From Nemertoderma westbladi (lineage: Eukaryota; Animalia; Xenacoelomorpha), in contig JAUCBJ010000433.1 of assembly GCA_032718475.1 (NCBI GenBank), positions 1 through 44,145 of the forward strand: DNA of 44,145 bases. Direction: 5' to 3'. A model generated the notes under the pieces. It was given only the letters and a program-made list of their open reading frames with translations. It made no database searches and was not told where the DNA came from. Positions within the stretch are counted from its first letter, which is position 1, and each line of letters starts with the position of its first letter. A program made the translations under genes and the position numbers. Of this stretch, positions 34,970 to 44,145 are shown piece by piece.

Positions 34970-35110
34970 CCCGCCGAGAACCGTTTGGGTCAAATTGACC
35001 CAAAATGAAGTTTACATGTACTGTACAAATTCAATATAATTATTGGGTTCACAATATTTCATGAATTCTCCTACTTTTTTATACTCTATCCAAATGTAAC
35101 CGTGTCACAA
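34970..35110 (+). mobile_element. piggyBac-like left terminus that ends the duplicated block
   Basis: ttaa|cccgccgagaacc followed by palindrome gggtcaaattgaccc; homology to copy 1 stops here; right boundary not defined. Confidence 0.55.
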
Positions 35111-35559
35111 CTTTTACTTTAACACTTTTTTTTTAATTTGACTTTTATTATTTAGGCAACGCCAAGGGCCGTATTAGCCAAGGGCCATTATAGTTTTACT
35201 CATAAATAACAGTTTTACAAAGTCGAATTCTGTAAACACATCAATTTTCCAAGTCAGGGCGATGCTTAATCAACATTGAAAAGTCAATTCGTCTGTTTGT
35301 ACAGTATGTCTGTTTATATGATGGTGCGTGTGTGTGTGTGTAATATGGAAACCTGGTATATAGTCAATTGTGATCAGCTGTAGGCCTGCCGACAATAAGA
35401 CCAAGAAAGATACCGGTACTAGGCCTATACAGTTATTATCCTTTGAGTCAGAGTACAGCCAGACAGCACAATGTCACCAGTCACCGCTCTTAATCTCCAC
35501 AGTTTTCATCGTTCTGGGCCGTTTCGTTGTGGCAGAACCATCCGATCCGCGGGGTAACC

Positions 35560-36391
35560 CTGCAACCTTTCAAAGCCCTCCATAACCGAGCGCCGGTCTA
35601 CATAACGGAAATGATCACGCTGCAGCACCACGAGCACCACACTACGCGTAGTACCGCTGCCCCCACACTCGTCGTACCGCGCACCAAATGCTCCACTTCT
35701 GGCGGTCGAGCCTTCCACTCCGCCTCCCCGACACTATGGAACCAACTGCCTGCCGAACTTAGAAACGTCAGCGAGATCGAACTGTTTAAAACTAAATTAA
35801 AAACCCATCTTTTTAGATCTGCCTACCATTAAATATCTCCTACTTTTTAAATTTTATTACAGTATGATCATTTGTATTACTTTATTATTTTTATCGTACA
35901 TTTTAACTATACTAGACACCGTTTAACATTGACTCTATATTTTATATCATATATGTTCCAAACTGAACTTGAAGTATTTTATTAATATGTAATATGTGCT
36001 TGTAATTTCATAATTTTATTTTACACCCTATGTTTTTTGAGTTTGGTACACCTTATGATACAACTGTATGTCTGTCCTGTATATGGTTTATCAATTTCTA
36101 TTTTTATTTATGAACCATTCGCTCTATATTTTTAAGCCCTAAGTAATACGTTTTAATATGCATATTTTTTAATCTACTTATAATTTTACTTATTTTGTAT
36201 AACTTAACTTAGTTATGTATTACTACTTGTACTAAACTTACTTACTTATTTAATATGTTCCGTTTTTACGCACCACACATTGTATCTATACCGGTTTGTC
36301 TCGAGCTCTTGCAAATCTCAGCGCCTTAGAGTACGCCACAATTGTAATTTTGGCGCTTTACAAATATATTTATTATTATTATTATTATTAT
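35560..36391 (+). mobile_element. 5'-truncated L2-clade LINE 3' end
   Basis: FKALHNRAPVYI...TRS...LVVPR...GGRAF..ASPTLWNQLP..LR...FKTKLKTHLF; AT-rich 3' UTR; agcgcc...ggcgct stem then (TAT)n tail. Confidence 0.88.
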
Positions 36392-36566
36392 AACCCACCC
36401 AATACCCCTATTGGACTGGTTTGCGGAACACCCTGTCGCTACCGTTTCGAACTGCCGCGCCGAATCGACGGAGATGTGGTCGACGGGTGGATTTAGCCTC
36501 TACTGCTCTCGTCGGTGAAGAAGATCTTGGGTCTCCTCTCCACGAACTAGAGGCCTAATCGCCAAA

Positions 36567-36614
36567 CTCTGTCTTCTGTCTCTGGCTGGGGATATTGAGA
36601 TCAACCCAGGACCC
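36567..36614 (+). other. 2A-like ribosomal-skip (StopGo) peptide
   Basis: ctc tgt ctt ctg tct ctg gct ggg gat att gag atc aac cca gga ccc = LCLLSLAGDIEINPGP, matching D(V/I)ExNPGP. Confidence 0.85.
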
Positions 36615-37535
36615 AGCAGGACGCGGGCCCCGAAGATCAACCGTCCCGTCTGTCAACGAGGAACAAACTCTCGGAGTAAGATCGTCCAATGCGAGAGTTG
36701 TGACACATTTGTACATTTAAAATGTTACCGTAGGAAAAGCAGTAATTTATTCTCCACCAGAAACAATCTTGAGCCAAGTTTTCTCTGCAATACAGTAATA
36801 GCTGTATTTTTACCGAACTTCCCTTTCATGATACTATTTTAGAATCAGAAACCGACGTTTCATTTCTCACATCGCCTCTGCAAACTCCAAGTGATGCTGA
36901 GAGTGAAACTTTTAAATTTTTTAAGAAAAAAGGTCTGCATTTTTTGCATTTAAATGCACGATCTCTGCTTCCCAAACTTTCCGAAACTCGTATTTTAATC
37001 AATAAATCCAACCCAGCAGTTTTAACAATCTGTGAAACTTGGCTCGATGATAGCGTTTCTGATGGAGAAATTTAAATTGATAATTACGTAGTTTTACGTA
37101 AGGATAGGGATAGACACGGTGGTGGTGTCTGTACTTACAATCGATGTGATTTAGCTTTTAATCGTAGGGAAGATTTAGAGTCTTGTGACGAAGTTTTACT
37201 GGTGGAACTTTTACTTCCTAAAACTAAACCTATTTTAATCGGTACTTTATATCGGCCCCCTAAACAATCAGATTTTTTGCAAAATTTTGAAAATACAATT
37301 TTATGTAATCTTAGGTCAGACTGTGAAATATATTTCTTAGGTGATTTTAATATCTGTTACCACCATCACAAAGCATCCTCCATCTGTAAACTGTACCAAA
37401 GTATTTTAGATTTGTTTGGTTTAAAACAAATTATTCGAGATTCTACCAGAATTACCAGTAAAACTTCTACTTTACTAGATCACATCCTTTGTAATAATAC
37501 CGATATTATTTCTCAATCTGGGGTTTTAACTATAC

Positions 37536-38454
37536 TTTGGATTACTTATTTGGTGCTGGCACAACAATTTTCAACCACCTGCGAAAAATACAAGGTTGAA
37601 AACTCTTATGAAATTTTTACTGATTCCATTGAATTCAGAACCCTAACAAACCCATATAACGCAAGAAACAAGGTGAAACAAGGCGGTAATGTAGGTAAAC
37701 AAAGTGACACAATCAATTGATATATTTGATGGTATTCAAAATTTGGTGCTAGCACCACATTTTGCACCCACTTCCGAAAAATACAATTTTGAGTTGTCTA
37801 GTTCGATAATATATTCCATTGAATTCAGAACAGCCATAAACCTCTAAAATGCAAGAAATAAATTGTCACAAGCAATTATATCTATTGAATGGATTTTCGA
37901 AATTTCGTGCTAGCACCAAAATTTGCACACAGCACCGAAAAATACAAGTTTGATACGCTTGGTGCAACTCGTATATATTTCATCGAATCCAGAACCCCAA
38001 AAAACCCCTATTGCGTAAAAAACAAGTTTCAAACAATCAATTTACAAAATTGACTTATTTCAAAATTTGGTGCTGGCACCAAAATTTGGCACCCACCGAA
38101 AAAAACAAGTTTGAAATTTCTAAATCAATTTATATGAATTCCATCAAATTTCTAACACCAAAAAACCGGTGTAAATCCAAAATAGAGATGTTACAATTAA
38201 TATTTAATGAAATGTAATTTTCAAAAAACGTCTCAAAAAAAGTGCCAAAAGTAGGGTTAAAAAATGGTGCTATAACTCGAAAACTACCCAATATTTTTGA
38301 AAACGGTTTTCACTACTAGGAAGACAATTGATTTTTAGGAAAAGTCATAAAATTTCAGATTCCCAACTGTGTTTGTTTCAGAATTATAATAAAAAAACCA
38401 CGGTGGGGTCATATTGACCCCCCCCCCCCCCCCCCCCCCCCGGGATTAATAGGG
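37536..38454. mobile_element. Left-truncated piggyBac-like non-autonomous element inside the LINE
   Basis: Right end ggggtcatattgacccc...cgggattaataggg|ttaa; four diverged ~165-190-bp internal subrepeats (attt.gtgct.gcac at about 37548, 37741, 37902, 38065); LINE frame resumes after the TTAA. Confidence 0.75.
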
Positions 38455-39601
38455 TTAAACAACGCACTGAGACCTGGATGACCTCGGGTATTCTTAGTAA
38501 TATCAGAGAAAGATATAACTATTTGTATAAATTTAGGAAATACCGTGTTTTAGCTGATTATAATAATTACTGCAAATATAGAAACCTTGTCCAACGGGAA
38601 ATAAAAAAAGCGAAACCTGAATATTTGTACAACAAAGGTACAACAAAGGATGGTGCTGAAGTACTTAAAGTGCCTATTACTTTTATTATTAATTACTCTA
38701 TCGTAGATAATGTAGTACCAGACGAACTGAAATTAGCTAAGGTTGTTCCTCTGTATAAAAAGAATAGTAAAGTAGAACCCTGTAATTAAATAGCTGTTAG
38801 TATCTTTAAGTATTGTATCTAAAATTCTAGAACGTTCTGTTTTTCTACAGCTGGAAGCACATCTTAGTAGGCTAAATCTGATCTATGAACTTCAGTCCGG
38901 TTTTCGTATATCATATTCTACAGACACCTGCCTTATTAACTTAACTGATACAATTAGATGTAGTAACGCAAAGGGTTTATATACTGGTATGGTAATGTTG
39001 GACCTACAAAAGGCTTTCGATACTATAGATCACGAAATTCTGCTTGGTAAGTTAGGCCTGATGGGTGTAGGTTCTATACACTGGTTCAAGTCCTACCTGT
39101 CAGACAGAGGTCAAACTGTAGTCATTAGCAAATCGCAGTCTACTGTACAAGAGATTACCTGTGGTGTACCGCAAGGTAGTATATTAGGTCCTCTGCTTTT
39201 TGTATGCTATGTAAATGATATGATAAGTAGTATAGATCCCGATTTTAAACTCATTTTATATGCCGACGACAGTGCTCTTATTTTCTCTCATAAAGATCCT
39301 ATCCATATTTCCCAAAAGTTAAGTGCAGTTCTAGAATCCTGTAATGAGTGGTTGGTTGATAATAAGCTATCCATTCACTACCGTAAGACTGAAAGTATTT
39401 TGTTTGGTTCCAAAAGAAAGTTAAAGAAGGTAACTAAGTTTGAAGTCACTAGTAATGGACATAAGATTGAAAATAAAAAGGAAGTTAAATATTTAGGCGC
39501 CACATTGGATAACTGCTTATCAGGAGAAAGTACAGTGAAAAATATTTTCTCGAAAGTTAACAGTAGGCTTAGGTTTCTATACAGAAATAAAAATAGTTTA
39601 A

Positions 39602-40497
39602 GGGGGGGGGGGGGGTATACCCCCCCATGAACCTTTTTTTAAAATGGCTGTCAATTAGTGTTAAATGATAATATTGCTATTTTGTCATGGTCAACCACTG
39701 TATGGAAGGCCAAATAGCCTTTATAGTAAAATTTGAAAATTTGTAGCCTCCCCCTAGCGGCTGGCGGCGGAATTAAAGATTTCACTAAAATTGCTACTAG
39801 TCCCTCAATTTTGGTCCAAATTTCTTGAAACCAACTTTTTTGGACTCAGCGTGATCGACTCTACAAAAGTTATCTTATAGAATTTTTAATTAGCCAATTT
39901 TATTTTAATTAATTAATTTAATTAATTAATTATCATATTTTTAATTAAAAATGGCTAATTAGAAAAAATGGTAATATTTATCAAAATTCCATAAGATAAC
40001 TTTTAAAGAGCTTCCAAAGCTCGTTCGAATGAGCCATAAACGAAGAAAATTGGTTGAAAAATGACGGAGGAGTAGTAATTTGAAAATGAAAAATGTCATT
40101 CCGAGAAAATGCCCTTCAAAGTTTAAACCGTCCCGCCAAAATTGGCTGTCTGTGTTCTGGTTGGTTAATTATTTCTGGCACGAATGATGCACACCAACGA
40201 GCTAAAATGTTCATTACTGGGGTTTTCGGGGTCGCTGATTTCATTTCCGATGTCAGTTTTAATTTTTGGTGGAATCTAGTCTATCTGTCTGTCTGTCGGT
40301 CTTCTGTCTTTCTTACAATTTGACGGACAGACCGTCATACGGAAAAACAGTGATAACTCGAGAACTGAAAGAGGTCTCACTAAGCGGTTTTCAGATTTGT
40401 AATCCTCATTAAATTCTGCTCTAGGTGAGATAAAGAAACAATAATTTGAAAATTTTACCTGAGGGGGGGTATACCCCCCCCCCCCCCCCCCCCCCCC
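39602..40497. mobile_element. ~896-bp TTAA-targeting MITE (Kolobok-like GG termini) inside the LINE
   Basis: ttaa|G-run-TATA-C-run ... G-run-TATA-C-run|taa; removal restores ...RNKNSLNTDSRKLL. Confidence 0.8.
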
Positions 40498-41561
40498 TAA
40501 ACACCGACTCCCGCAAGTTACTTTTCTCTTCTTTAATACAGTGTCACATAGACTATGCATGCTCTTCTTGGTATGAAGGCTTTAACCAAACAGCTTAAAT
40601 GTAAATTACAAGTAGCTCAGAATAAAGTAGTACGATTTATTAAAGACTACAAACCTAGGCACCACTGTAACTCCAGATGACTTTTCTGAATCTGGAATAC
40701 TTAACTTAGATAGTAGAGTTAAGCAGCTACGCCTTAACCATGTGCATAAAGTGTATAATGGTAAATGTCCCAATTACCTAAAACAAAAATAAATAAAAAA
40801 CAGAGTACGCGATACACACTCTTACAGTACCAGAGCTAGTTCTTCAACTTCTACCTCCCGAATTGTAAATCCGTTAAATCTGATACTTTCTTTTTTAACG
40901 GTATTAAAAATTGGAACGCTCTGCCTAATGAAATTAAAAACCTAGATAATCAACATTCTTTTAAATCTGCAGTTAAATCTCACCTCCGTGTGCAATGTAA
41001 AAATAGGTACAATAGTCCTACAGTAAGTTATTAGTTTATTAATTATTTACTATTTATACTGTAATTACGTTTTATAATAAATTGTTCTGTGCACAGTTAC
41101 ATCTTTATCGTTGAGTCGGGCATTGCCACGCTCTCGGTAAAGTTGTACGAAGTGTAATTACGTTTTATATTTGTTTTATGTTATCGTAGTGTAATATTGT
41201 ATTTGTAACCAAGTAACATAAAATTGCCGAAGTTTTTGTTTCAATTTATCTGAGTTAATAATTATTCTAATTAGTGGTGTAAGTGAAATATTATATTAGT
41301 AGTCGTTTATACATTACTGTGTTGATTTAATTAATCAAGTATGAATGTGTACCATTTCTATCTGATCTATCTAAATCTATCTAGTAATTGTAGCATCTGT
41401 GAGTCACTACATCTGTAATGCATCCAGGACCCTTTAGGTAATAAGCTGCAGTACAGCTGTAGGTGTCATCCTAGCCGCCATGTTGGTCAACACCTTTACA
41501 CCGGTAACATCCTTCCTGCAGACTGTATTTGTTATTGTTTTTACATAATGTATGAATTAAT

Positions 41562-44145
<2,584 letters not shown>

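Larger units (their letters stand above)
36400..41561 (+). mobile_element. Degraded CR1/L2-group (Crack/Daphne-like) LINE: 2A-like motif, PHD, APE endonuclease, RT
   Basis: GDIEINPGP; CESCDTFVHLKC; HLNARSL, ETWL, DR..HGGGV, YRPP, GDFN, LLDH; [32 protein letters not shown]; WNALP; multiple stops, frameshifts and deletions. Confidence 0.92.

Overview
AT-rich eukaryotic genomic DNA, probably from an invertebrate animal (inferred from the transposon families), made mostly of transposable elements and tandem repeats. The centrepiece is an ~11-kb BEL/Pao LTR retrotransposon derivative on the minus strand (21802-32862). It keeps one uninterrupted 1357-aa Gag-protease ORF, but reverse transcriptase, most of RNase H and most of integrase appear to have been removed by two in-frame deletions. 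It also carries a second, reconstructable ~482-aa zinc-knuckle ORF in the env position. Its LTRs are near-identical, but their outer ends appear trimmed and there is no clear target-site duplication (TSD). Other contents: nested and inverted RTE-clade LINE fragments with (TAG)n tails; a degraded CR1/L2-group LINE with a 2A-like (DIEINPGP) motif, PHD, APE endonuclease and RT, interrupted by two TTAA-associated DNA elements and ending in a >2.5-kb (ATCT)n array; an L2 3' end; two paralogous terminal exons of a Ly6/uPAR-type GPI-anchored protein; several foldback elements and minisatellites. No CRISPR array, rRNA or intact tRNA gene was seen. All family calls come from motif recognition by eye, not from database searches.
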